A stretch of 64,000 bases of DNA from the human T2T-CHM13v2.0 reference genome, Homo sapiens, in assembly GCF_009914755.1 (NCBI RefSeq), contig NC_060928.1, one strand, 5' to 3'. A model generated the notes under the pieces. That model had not been told where the DNA came from. It did no database searches and saw nothing but the letters and a program-made list of their open reading frames with translations. Below, in pieces: positions 27,080 to 39,800 of this stretch. A program made the translations under genes and the position numbers. Every line of letters begins with the position of its first letter. Position 1 is the stretch's first letter.

Positions 27080-28170
27080 GACTAAAAACAGTGTGTTTGG
27101 AGGATCTATCACAAAAAAACATAATAAGCATGTGAAACCTTCACTGGCAATCAAGGTATTCAGGTTCTCTCATCAGAACTCACTAGGAGGCTGGCATGAC
27201 TCCATGGAGAAAAGGAAGAACAGTGTGGTGCAGTGTGGTGCAGCTCTCCACCTGAGAGCCACATGAGGCAGGGGACCCCCTCTCCCCAGCCAAGGAAGGC
27301 CATGAGTGTGCTACCCAGCCAGGGAAACTGTGCTTTTTACAGCACTGGGACTCACAACTGCCTAACATGCTAAGCTCCCTGGGTGGGGAAAAGGTGTTAT
27401 CCATCTCTATAGATTCAAGCTATGCATTTCCCCTGCTGTATGCAGGGAGGCTGGACTGCTTGGTCCCAAGACTTGTCCCCCACAGCCCAACATACCAGCT
27501 GTGGCAGTCTGCAGCCAGAGTGCCTCTTCAGGCCTGACCCTGACCCATCCTTCCTCATTGGGTGGTTCTTCCCTGCAGGAACTCCAGAAACTCCAGCCAG
27601 AGGCTCAGGGACAGAACCCAGATCTCCCTGGGCCTGAGCCCCTATGGGGAAGGGTGGCCTCAGTCTCAGCAGCCTAGCAGACTTAGCCTTTCCTCCTGGT
27701 AGTTCTGAGGATTCCAGGTAGCCCAGAGGAGTGGGTTTTCCCCTAGCAAGGCACATTGCCACCACCAAGGGACAATGTGCTTCATTAAATTGGTCCTATT
27801 CCCTGTGCCACCCAACTGGGTGAGACCTTCCAACAGGGGTTGTCAGAGACCCTACACAGGCACAATCTTACTGACATCAGGTTGGTAACCCTCAAGGTCA
27901 GAAGTCCCAGAAGAAGGAGCAGGCACCCATCTTTGCTGTTCTCCAGCCTCCTTGAGTGATATCTCCACACACGGGAGCGAATCAGATGAATAGGGCCTGA
28001 AGTGAACTCCCAGCAAACTGCAGCAGCCCAAAAAAGAGGGACCTGACCATTGAAAGAAAAACAAACAAGTGGAAAACAACAATAGCATCAACAACAACAA
28101 CAAAGCCCCCACAAAACCTCCATCCAAGGATCAGCAGCCTCGAAGGCCAAAACTGGACAAACTCATGAAG

Positions 28171-29195
28171 ATGAGAAAGAATCAAGGAAAAAATGCTGAA
28201 AACCCAAAAGGCCAGGATGCCTCTTCTCCTCCAAATGATTGCAACATCTCTCCATCAAACGCACAGAACAGGATGAAGGATCAGGTGGGTGAATTGACAG
28301 AAGTAGGCTTCAGAAGATGGGTAATAAAAAACTATGCTAAGCTAAAGGAGCATGTTCTAACCCAATGCAAAGAAGCTAAGAACCTTGATAAAAGTTAGAA
28401 GAATTGCTAACTAGAATAACCAGTTTAGAGAGACACATAAATGACCTGATGGAGCTGAAAAACACAGCATGAGAACTTCGTGAAGCATACACAAGTATCA
28501 GTAGCCAAATCGACCAAGCAGAAGAAAGGATATCAGACTTTGAAGACCACCTTGCTAAAATAAGTCATGCAATTCAAGACTAGAGAAAAAATAATGAAAA
28601 GGAATGAATAAAGTCTTCAAGAAATATGGGACTTCATAAAAAGACTGAACCTACAATTGATTGGAGTACCAGAAGGAGACAAGGAGAATGGAAACAAGCT
28701 GGAAAACACACTTTAGGATATTATCCAGGAGAATTCCCCAACCTAGAAAGACAAGCAAACATGCAAATTCAAGAAATGCAGAGAACACCACTAAGATACT
28801 CCACGAGAAAATCAACCCCAAGACACATAATCATCAGATTCTCCAAGGTTGAAATGAAAGAAAAATTGTTAAGGGCAGCCAGAGAGAAAGGCCAGGTCAC
28901 CTACAGAGGGAAGCCCATCAGACTAACAGTGGACCTCTCAGCAGAAACTCTACAAGCCAGAAGAGATTGGGGGCCAATATTCAACATTCTTAAAGAAAAA
29001 AATTTTCAACCTAGAATTTCATATCCAGCCAAACTAAGCTTCATAAGCAAAGGAGAAATAAAATCCTTTTCAGACAAGCAAATGCCAAGGGATTTCATTA
29101 CCACCAAGCTTGCCCTGCAAGAACTCCTAAATGAAGCACTAAATATGGAAAACAAAAACCTGTACCAGCCACTGAAGAAACACACCAAAATATAA
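28171..29195 (+). pseudogene. L1 ORF1p remnant (stops and frameshifts)
   Basis: MRKNQ...KEHVLTQCKEAKNL* and ...TPRHIIIRFSKVEMKEKLLRAAREKGQVTYRGKPIRLTVDLSAETLQARRDWGPIF. Confidence 0.93.
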
Positions 29196-29265
29196 AATAT
29201 AAAGACCAATGACACTATGAAAAAACTGCATCAACTAGTGTGCAAAATAACCAAATAGCAGCATG

Positions 29266-32200
29266 ATGACAGGATCAAATTCACACATAACAATACTAAA
29301 CTTAAATGTAAATGGGCTAAATGCCCCAATTAAAAGACACAGACTGGCAAATTAGATAAAGAGTAAAGACCCATTGGTGTGCTGTATTCAGGAGACCTAT
29401 CTCACCTGCGAAGACACATATAGGCTCAAAATAAAAGGATGGAGGAAATTTTACCAAGCAAACGGAAAGCAAAAAAAAAAGCAGGGGTTGCAATCCTAGC
29501 CCTGACAAAACAGACTTTAAACCAACAAAGTTCGAAAATGGCAAACAAGGGCATTACATAATGGTACAGGGAACAATTCAACAAGAAGAGCTAACTATTC
29601 TAAATATATATGCACCCAATGCAGGAGCACCCAGATTCATAAAACTAGTTCTTAGAGACCTACAAAGAGACTTAGACTCCCACACACAATAGGAGGAGAC
29701 TTTAATACTCCACTGTCAGTATTAGACAGATCAATGAGACAGAAAATTGACAAGGATATTCACAACTTGAACTCAGCTCCAGATCAAGTGGACCTGGTAG
29801 ACATCTACAAAACTCTCTACCCCAAATCAACAGAATATACATTCTTCTCAGTGCCACATGGCACGTATTCTAAAATTGACCACATAATTGGAAGTAAAAC
29901 ACTCCTCAGCAAATGCAAAAGAATGGAAATAATAACAAACAGTCTCTCAGACCACACAGCTCAATCAAATTAGAACTGAAGATTAAGAAACTCACTCAAA
30001 ACCACACAATTACATGAAAATTAAACAATCTGCTCCTGAATGATTCCTGGGTAAATAAGGAAATTGAGACAGAAATCAAGAAGTTATTTGAAACCAAGGA
30101 GAACAAAGACACAACATACCAGAATTTCTGGGACACAGCTAAAGCAGTGTAAGAAAGAAATTTATAGCACTAAATGCCCACATCGGAAAGCTAGAAAGAG
30201 CTCAAATTGACATTCTAACATCACAATTAAAAGAGCTAGAAAGGCAAGAGAAAATGAATCCAAAAGCCAGCAGAAGACAAGAAATAACTGAGACACTGAG
30301 ACCAGAGAAGAATTAAAGGAGATAGAGACATGAAAAACCCTTGAAAAAAAATCAATGAATCCAGGAGCTGTTTTTTTTTGAAAAAATTAACAAAATAGAC
30401 CACTAGCTAGACTAATAAGGAAGAAAAGAGAGAATAACCCATTAGACACAATAAAAAATTATAAAGGGGATATCACAGTGACCCCATAGAAATACAAAAT
30501 ACTGTTAGAGAATACTAAAAACACCTCTTCACAAATACACTAGAAAATACAGAAAAAATAGATAAATTCTTGGACACATACAGGCTCCCAAGACTGAATC
30601 AGGAAGAAGTTGAATCCCTGAACAGAACAATAGCAAGTTCTGAAATTGAGGCACTAATTAATAGCCCACCAACCAATAAAAGCCCAGGACCAGATGGATT
30701 CACAGCTGAATTCTACCAGAAACACAAAAAGGAGCTGGTACAATTCCTTCTGAAACTATTCAAAACAATAAAAAAGGAAGGACTCCTCCCTAACTCATTT
30801 TATGAAGACAACATCATCCTGATACCAAAACCAGGAAGAAACATAATTAAAAAAAGAAAACTTCAGGCCAATATTCCTGATGAACATTGGTGTGAAAATC
30901 CTCAATAAAATACTGGCAAACCAAATCCAGCAGCACATCAAAAAATTTATTCAACATGATCAACTTGACTTCATTCCTGGGATGCAAGGCTGGTTCAACA
31001 AATGCAAATCGATAAATGTAATCCATCACATAAACAGAACCAAAGACAAAAACTACATGATTATCTCAATAGATGCATAAAAGGCCTTTGACAAAATTCA
31101 ACATCCCTTCATGTTAAAACTCTCAGTAAACTAGGTATTGATGGAACATATCTCAAATTAATAAGAACTATTAATGATAAACCCACAGCCAATATCATAT
31201 TGAATGGGCAAAAGCTGGAAGCATTTCCTTTGAAAACTGGTACGAGACTAGGATTCCCTCTCTCACCACTGCTAGTCAACATAGTATTGGAAGTTTTGGC
31301 CAGGGCAATCAGGCAAGAGAAAGAAATAAAGGGAATTCAAATAGGAAGAGAGGAAGTCAAATAGTCTCTGTTTGCAGATGACATGATTTTATATTTAGAA
31401 AACCTCACCATCTCAGGCCAAAAACTCCTTAAACTGACAAGCTACTTCAGCAAAGTCTCAGGATACAAAATCAACGTGCAAAAATCACAAGCATCCCTTT
31501 ATGCCAACAATAGACAAGCAGAGAGCCAAATCATGAATGAACTCCCATTCAGTCACCACAAAGAGAATAAAATACCTAGGAATACAGCTAACAAGGGATG
31601 TGAAGGACCTCTTCAAAGAGAACTGCAAACTACTGCTCCAGGAAATAAGAGAGGACACAAACAAATGGAAAAATATTCCACACTCATGGATAGGAAGAAT
31701 CAATATCGTGAAAATGGCCACACTGCCCGAAGTAATTTATACATTAAATGCTATTCCCATCAAACTACCATAGACATTCTTCACAGAATTAGAAAAAAAC
31801 TATTTTAAATTTCATATGGAATCAAAGAAGACCCCAGATAGCCAAGACAATCCTAAGCAAAAATAGCAAAGCTGGAGGCATCAGGCTACCTGATTTCAAA
31901 CTATATTATAAGGGTACTGTAACCAAAACAGCCTGGTACTGGTACAAAACAGATATATAGACCAATAGAGCAGAACAGAGACCTCAGAAATAACACCACA
32001 TATCTACAACCATCTGATCTTAGACAAACCTGACAAAAACAAGAAATGGGGAAAGGATCTCCTCTTCAGTAAATGGTGCTGGGAAAACTGGCTAGCCACA
32101 TGCAGAGAACTGAAACTGGGCCGCTTCCTTACACCTTATACAAAAATTAACTCAAGATGGATTAAAGACTTAAGTGTAAAACCCAAAACCATAAAAACTC

Positions 32201-33107
32201 TAGAAGAAAACCTAGGCAAGGCAATACCACTCAGGACATAGGCATGGGCAAAGACTTCATGACAAAAATGCCAAAAGCAATTGCAACAAAAGCCAAAATA
32301 GACAAATGTTAGCTAATTAAACTAAAGAGCTTCTGCACAGCAAATAAAACTATCATCAGAGTGAAAAGGCAACCTACAGAATGGGAGAAAATTTTTGCAA
32401 TCTACCCATCTGACAAAGGTCTAATATCCAGAATTTACAAGGAACTTAAACAAATTTACGAGAATAAAAACAAACAACCCCATCAAAAAGTTGGCAAAGG
32501 ATATGAACAGACACTTCTCAAAAGAAGACATTTATGTGGCCAACAAATATATGATAAAAAGCTCAACATCACTGATCATCAGAGAAATGCAAATCAAAAC
32601 CACAATGAGATACCATCTTGTGACAGTCAGAATGGAGATTATTTAAAAAGTCAGGAAACCATAGATGCTGGTGAGGCTATAGAGAAATAGGAATGTGTTT
32701 ACACTGTTGGTGGGAATGTAAATTAGTTCAGTTATTGTGGAAGACAGTATGCCAATTCCTCAAGGAGCTAGAACCAGAAATAATATTTGATCTAGCAATA
32801 CCATTACTGGGTATAAACCCAAAGGAATGTACATCATTCTACTATAAAGACACATGCACACATATGTTTACTGCAACACTATTTACAATAGCAGAGACAT
32901 GGAACCAACACAAATGCCCATCAATGATAGACTGGATAAAGAAAATGTGGTAAATATACACCATGGAATACTATGATGCCATAAAAAGTAATGAGATCAT
33001 GTCCTTTGCAGGGACATGGATGAAGCTGTAACCCATCATCCTCAGCAAACCTAACACAGGAACAGAAAACCCAACACTGCATGTTCTCACTTATATGTAG
33101 GAGTTGA
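29266..33107 (+). pseudogene. L1 ORF2p (endonuclease / reverse transcriptase) remnant, multiply disrupted
   Basis: ATGACAGGATCAAATTCACAC start. Peptides [56 protein letters not shown]. End at AGTTGA 33107. Confidence 0.93.
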
Positions 33108-34373
33108 ACAATAAGAACACATGGACACAGAGAGGGGAACAACACACACTGGGGCCTGTTGATGGGTTGGGGGGTGAGGGGAGGGAACTTAGAGGATGGG
33201 TCATTAGGTGCAGCAAACCACCATGCCACACACATACCTATGTAACAAACCTGAACATTCTGCACATGTATCCTGTTTTTATTTTTTTAAGAAGAAATTT
33301 TTTAAAAAAAGAAAAAAATAAAGCAATGCTTGAAATAAATAAAAAAATAGATTTCAAATTTTAAAATTTCACAAAAGAAACCAAGATATTGTATGATAAA
33401 AGGGCCAATTCACTGAGACAATATGACAATTATAAATGTTTATGTACCAAACCTTAGAGCTAGTAAATATATAGTGCTAACTTTGAGAGAATTGAAGGGA
33501 GAGATAGCAACATAATAGTTGAAGACTTTAATACACTCCTTTCAATAATGGAAAGAGAAAACATTACAACTGATAGCACAGAAATAAAAAGGATTATAAG
33601 AAAATACTATGCACAAATATAAACCAACAAATTGAATAGCCTATGATAAATGGATAAATTCCTAGAAATATACAACCTACCATGACTGAATCATGAAGAA
33701 ATAGAAAATCTGAACAGACCAATGATGAATAAGGAGATTGAGTCAGTATTCAAAGACCTCTCAACAAAGAAAAGCCCAGGACTGGATGGCTTCATAGAGA
33801 ATTCCAAGCACATTGTCAAGACAGCATTACCCTGATACTAAAGCCAGGCAAAGACACTCTAAGGAAAATAAAAACCTATTGAGTCAATATCACTGATGAC
33901 TACTCATGCAAAAATCCTTTTAAAACAGTAGAAAACTGAATTCAACAGCACATTTAGTAGATTATACACTATGACCAAATGGAATTTATTTCTGGAATGC
34001 AAGGATGTTTCAACATATGAAAATCAATCAATGTCAAATACAACACTAACGGAATGAAGGACAAAAGCCACATGATCATCTCAATACATGTAGAAAAAGC
34101 ACTTGACAAGATTTAACACTCTTTCATGATAAAAATATTCAACAAACTAGTAATAGAAAGGAACTACTTCAACATAATAAAGGGTATTTATGAAAAGCCC
34201 AGAGATAACATCAAACTCAAGAGAAAGACTAAAAGCTTTGCCTCTAAGATCAGGAACAGGGCAAAGATGTCCATGGCACTCCTATTCAATATGGTATTGA
34301 AAGTCTTAGCCAGAGTAATTAGGCAAGAATAATAAATAAAAGGCACCCAAATCAGAAAGAAAGAAGTAAAACG

Positions 34374-34466
34374 GTTTCTGTTTGTAGATGGCATTACCAC
34401 TAATGTTTCTGTTGGTAGATGGCATCATCACTAATGTTTCTGTTTGCACAAACCATTACTGCTAAT
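34374..34466. repeat. 31-bp tandem triplication at an L1 breakpoint
   Basis: GTTTCTGTTTGTAGATGGCATTACCACTAAT / GTTTCTGTTGGTAGATGGCATCATCACTAAT / GTTTCTGTTTGCACAAACCATTACTGCTAAT. Confidence 0.9.
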
Positions 34467-34740
34467 CCTGTGGCCACAGATGGTGCCCAGTTTGAGCAGG
34501 AATAAAATACCATATAGGGTTAACTGGCCAAAGTCCTTTGAGTGGAGCACAGAAACCTTCTTTAGAGAGCACTTGAATAAAGGCCCCAAATTTAAAGTAA
34601 GGTATGGTTTTCTATTAAAACTTTAGTGTTTATAATATTATATACTTTCCATAGAGAGGAAAACTGTCCTACTATGTTGATGCTTTAGCTCCTGACTCCC
34701 CAACAGATGCATGGTGAAGCAGTATGTCACATTCCATGCT

Positions 34741-34812
34741 AAAAAAAAAAAAAGAAGCAGAAGCAGAAGCAGAAGCAGAAGAAGAAGAGGAAGAGGAAGG
34801 AGAAGAAGAAGA
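34741..34812 (+). repeat. Poly(A)-(GAAGCA)n-(GAA/GGA)n microsatellite
   Basis: A13, then GAAGCA x4, then GAA/GAG repeats. Confidence 0.9.
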
Positions 34813-36694
34813 CAAATAAATTGAAAAATAACATCTTGTGTTCTTGGGTTGGAAGACTTAATATTGTTAAGACGTTCATTCTACCAAAAGAAATCTACAG
34901 ATTCAATGCAATTTCTACCAAAATGTCAATGGCTTTTTTTTTTTGCAGAAATAGAAAAATTCATCCTAAATTTCGTGTGTAATTTAAATAAACCCAGAAT
35001 AGCAAAAACAATTTCAAAAAAGAACAAAGTTGGAAGACATATGCTCTGATTTCAAAACATATTACAAAGCTACAGTAATCAAAATAGTGTGGTACTGACA
35101 TAAAGAGACAAATAGACTAATAGAGTAGAATAGAGAGCCCAGAAATAACCCCCTGGGTATAAGGTCAAATGATCTCTAACAAGGATACCACAGGGAAAAG
35201 CTAGTCTCTTCAAACAATGGTATTTGGAAAAGTGGATATCCACATGCAAAATAATAAAGTTGGAACCTCGCCTTACACCATATACAAAAATTAATTCAAA
35301 ATGGATTCAATACCTAAATGTAAGAACTAATACTCCTAGAAGAAAACATCAGGGAAAAGCTACATGACTTTAAACCTGGCAATGATTTTTTTGGCTATGA
35401 CACCAAAAGCACAGGCAACAAAAGCAATAATAGACAAATATGACTATTTCAAACTTAAAACCTTTTTTGCATCAAAAGGCTCAATCAACAAATTGAAAGT
35501 GTATTTAGAATGGGAGAAAATATTTGCAAATCACATATCTGATAATGAGTTCATATGCAGAATATATATAGAATTCCCACAACTCAACAACAAAAAATCA
35601 AATATCTCAATTAAAATATGGGCAAGGAACTTCAATTGACATTTCTTCAAAGATGATATACAAATTGCCAACAAGCATATAAAAAATGCTTAATATCTCT
35701 AATCATCAGAAAAATGCAAACTAAAACCAAAATAAGATATTACTTCACACTCATTAGGATAGTTACTATGAAAGTAAAAAAAAACAAGTGTTTTGAGAGA
35801 TATGAAGAAATTGGGACCCATATGGATTTCAGTGGGATTGCACAATGGTACAATTAGTGTGGAAAACAGTATGGAAGTGCCTCCAAAAATTAAAAATACA
35901 ACCAATGTATGATTTAGCAATCCAACTTTTGATATATAAACAAAATAAGTGAAAGTAAGATCTTGAAAAAATATTTGCATATTCATGTTTACAGCAGCAT
36001 TATTCACAACGATCAAGAGGTAGAAGCAACCCAAATGTCCGAAGGAAGATGAATTGATAAACAGAATATGGTGTACACACACCAGGGAATATTAGTCAGC
36101 CTTAAAAAGAAAGGAAATCTTGTCATATGCTACAACATGAATGAGACTTGAGGCCATTATGCTAAGTTAAATAAATTAGTCACAAAAAGACAAATGCTCT
36201 AAGAGTCCACTTATATGAGTTGTCTAAAGTAGTCAAATTCATAGAAACAGAAAATAGAATAATGTTTACCATGGCCTGGGGGAAGGGAGGAAAGGGATAT
36301 TGCTATTTAATGGATATGAAGTTTCAGATTTACAAGATGAGAACATTCTGAAGATCTGTTTTACAACAATGTGAATATAGTTAAAACTACTGAACTGTAT
36401 ACTTAAAATTAATTAGGATGGTAAATTTTATGCTATGTGTTTTTTACTACAAAAGAAAAATTGGTTCACCTTATGCATTTCCTTATACCAAATTGTATCT
36501 ATCATCTCTCTCCATATTTTGTGGTAGTCATTGCATTCTCTTTATCTCTCTTTTTATGATAATGAAACTGGTAATTTGCTTATCTCCTAAATATCACAAT
36601 AGACAAAGGGAGGCAGAAGTGTGACACAATATCATTGCTATATAGGTAATTCAATCAATATTCCCATTTATTCACACTAAAACACATTATATTA

Positions 36695-36880
36695 TTTACT
36701 TCTCAAAACAACCCTATGGAGTATTTTAGTGTTTTTTTTTTTTTAAATAAGAAGACAAAGGCCTATGAGGATAAGTAATCTGTAGAAGATCTCATGGCTG
36801 TTAAATTTTGAAGCCAGAGTTGGAGCTCATGGTCATCTCAAACACTGGTGTAAAAATCTATATTCTTTCCATTATACTGT
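36695..36880 (-). mobile_element. MIR SINE
   Basis: AACAACCCTATG...GGATAAGTAATCTG..AAGATCTCATGGCT...GAAGCCAGAGTTGGA...CTTTCCATTATACTG. Confidence 0.65.
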
Positions 36881-39800
36881 ATTTGATGAACTAACCCTTC
36901 CTGCCCCCATATTTGGCATTAGGGAGATTTTCATGAGGATATGAAAGGACATATTATCTCTTGATATTAATTTCCAGATCTGTGATAAACCTGATATCCG
37001 GATATCGATCTGAAACCCTGGGGAAAAACACGTATTTAGGAAAAGTATCTTTAAAGAGGATATTTAACTAGTACCAGATAATCGATTAAGAGCTTATTAA
37101 TTTTCATACTAAATGTTGATTGCTTTTATACATGATCTTTTATTTAATGTGGGATTTTCAAGTGGGCTTGAAAGTCTGAATGGCTAGACTGAGTAAGTGC
37201 AATAGATAATGTGGTTGGTTCTTACAAATTATTTTCTACCTTCAATCCAGTTGACCCCTGGCTGCCATTCCTCCAGCTCTTCCAATGATTTTGTAAACAT
37301 CTAATTATCTATAATAAGTCCTTTTCCTTTTGAAATGCTTATGGTATTTTCTCTTTCATACAACTGGACCTGACAGATTAAAGAAGGAAGCTTCACACTT
37401 AGTAAAAGGTAAGACAAGATGAAACTCAATCACAAACTCTAGTCTTTTATTGTAATAGAAAGCTTAGACCTGTGCTAAATATGCCTTGATAACTTTTAAT
37501 CTGTTTTCACCATCTTCTCAACCTAGGTAGACTTGCTCATTCGATTGGTAAGTTCTAGGTACTAGGTATTCAAGTAAAGAAATTTCTTGAGGTACAGAAT
37601 AAATGAATGTCATCCTCAGCGTACCAACAGTTTGAAAAAATGAGAAGAAAAATGGCAGCAGTAAAAGACCCCATTATGAACACAGGCTAGTAACTTTCTT
37701 AATCCAAAATTTCAATTTGTTATAATGACAAGTACATTTTATTCATGACAAATGTAAAGTATTGAAAGAGAAATAATCAAATAGTTTATAGCCTATACTC
37801 CTCTATTTCCTGAGGATGCTGGCTTTGTAATTTTTGATAGTCAAGAAAACGATCATAAACCTAATACAATGCTTTTGTTTGTGCAAATATTCTGTCACAT
37901 TTCACTTGGAATATGGAGTATAATTTTGACCATTGCTTTTTGGGTGACCCATGATAAAGATATAAATTGTCTAGAAAGGCAAATAGATTATATAAATGGG
38001 ATTCTATATAAACCAAACACAAACTTCTGGAAAGTTGAAGAGTAAACGAGATGATTAAACATCACAAATTAACATGGTGCTTGTACTCAATAAACGTAGC
38101 TATTATAATTATTTAAAAATTAATAAAGAGTTAATACTATACTCTTTATAAAATGAAACACCAGGACAAGAAAATAATGCAAAGGATAGCTTAACTGTGA
38201 AAAATAATTTAATATTAAATAATGCTGAAAGTTGTTAATCCCAACCAATACAGTATATATCTTTTTAGTGTCTCTTCACATAAATCTTATATAATACTAT
38301 TGCACAAGTTTGTTAAAAGATAAAAAACTACTAAAAATAAATCTGTGTGTGATTTTTAGAAGACTACATATTTATGTGTTCCACATATTGAATCAATTTT
38401 CAAACTTCAAATTTTTAGAGTGCTTTTGGAGTGGAACACATCCTGAGTGTGCCCTTTCAGTCCAGTCTCTTACTGATGCTCTCCTAATGGCATTCACACA
38501 TGCATACAGCTCGCCTCCCTAGAAGGGGCCTGCTTTAAGATTGAAAATATGACTGAGAGTGGCCAAAATACAACTCTCTGTGAGTGATCCGGTTATGTCC
38601 TAATTAACTTTCAATGTGTCAAATTCAAGTGATAGAAAATGGCCAAGGAATTAAGGAGGTAAGCTGAGATTTTACACTTTTCTCAATTTTAAGCTTGTTA
38701 TTAAGTGGAAAATAAAGACTACACGCTTTTATTGCTTTAAAAAAGACAAAAAATGACATTTAATGACATTCTTGAAGAAGATGAACATTTGTAATTGCAA
38801 ATGGAACTCCTTGGAAAATAAGCGTTCGTTGCTTTTGTTGCACAGATCTTTCTTCTCCAGTTCAACATGAATCTCGAACTTTTAAAATCCAGATGGGCAG
38901 CACATGACAAATATGGGTAAACTCAGCCAATGAAACAAAAGTATTTGTTTCCACCCTATTTAATGTGTTACTTCCTCCAAGTAACAATAGAAAACTAAAA
39001 CTTCTTGAAAATAAATAAAATACCAATTAAATACCAATTATTTTAAAAGTGGTGATAAATTCCAAGAAAAATATGATTATATTCATTGTTATTATACCTT
39101 CAATCATATTTAAAGGGCATTTTGGAACTGGATAAATTAAAATGTCCAACTAAAAGTATCTTAGTTAACCATTCTGTTTCCAGAAAGAACATAAATAAAT
39201 ATATCTCACAGCAAATTCTTAAGCTTTATATAACTTTATTTTCATCACTTTTTATCTCTAGGATTTAACAAAGAGCTGCTGAAGGTTTCACTGATGTGGA
39301 AGCAGTGAATTTATATTTCAGAAGGAATACACAGATAAGTGATGGATTCAGAGAATTTATAAGCTTAAAAATGAATTTTAAAAATATAAATAAAATGATA
39401 TCTGCTTTGTGATCAAATCCATTTGACTCCATGTTATTGTTTTAATGCCCTAGTGGAGCTACTTCTCTGCACAGCTTTCTGGGAGTCCAGAGACTGCTCT
39501 ATACATTGGAAAATATGATGAATGTGTTCAAGAGGGGCGTGACAATTGTTCCGTACACAGATTTTTCCAAGCATTCTCTGTTTTTTATACTGTATCTTGT
39601 ATTCTCTGACCGATTATTACCTCCAAGCCCAGCATTCTTTAGGAGAAAATTATCTCCTCTTTTTTGGTATTCCTCTCTGCACACACTAAGTTTTCAACTT
39701 CTCCTCAGTTAAGATAGTTACCCTTCCATGAGCCTTCTCTTTCAAAAAGTAATTAGGTACTGTAGTTGAAATTACTAGTCTGTGTTTGGCTCCTCGCCTG

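Larger units (their letters stand above)
27059..33343 (+). mobile_element. Full-length L1PA8/L1PA8A-like LINE-1
   Basis: GGGGCAGGGCCAAGATGG start, 5'UTR, ORF1, ORF2. 3'UTR reads GAGGGAACTTAGAGGATGGGTCA..GGTGCAGCAAACCACC and CACATGTATCCTGTTTTT..AGAAGAAAT. TSD is AAAATAGACTTCAA (27045-27058) / AAAATAGATTTCAA (33344-33357). Confidence 0.93.
24185..36460 (+). mobile_element. Near-full-length old LINE-1 (L1MB2-like 3' end), interrupted by four insertions
   Basis: 5' start GTCAGCAAGATG at ~24194. ORF1 remnants (ILELKN, DFSAETLQAKRQWDDIFKVL). ORF2 remnants at 26560-27058 and 33358-36200. 3'UTR ends GATGGTAAATTTTATGCTATGTGTTTTTTACTACAAAAGAAAAA. Confidence 0.85.

Noticed and set aside
28069-32953. 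Multiple ORFs with RT, endonuclease and ORF1-like peptides as a possible novel retroelement system
   Set aside because: They are collinear fragments of an ordinary LINE-1 broken by stops and frameshifts.
34374-34466. 31-bp periodic repeats as a CRISPR-like array
   Set aside because: The units are head-to-tail with no unique spacers, partly L1-derived, and in primate DNA with no cas genes.
36993-37006. Perfect 14-bp palindrome GATATCCGGATATC
   Set aside because: About four 7-bp-arm palindromes are expected by chance in 64 kb (64000/4^7), and nothing else supports it.
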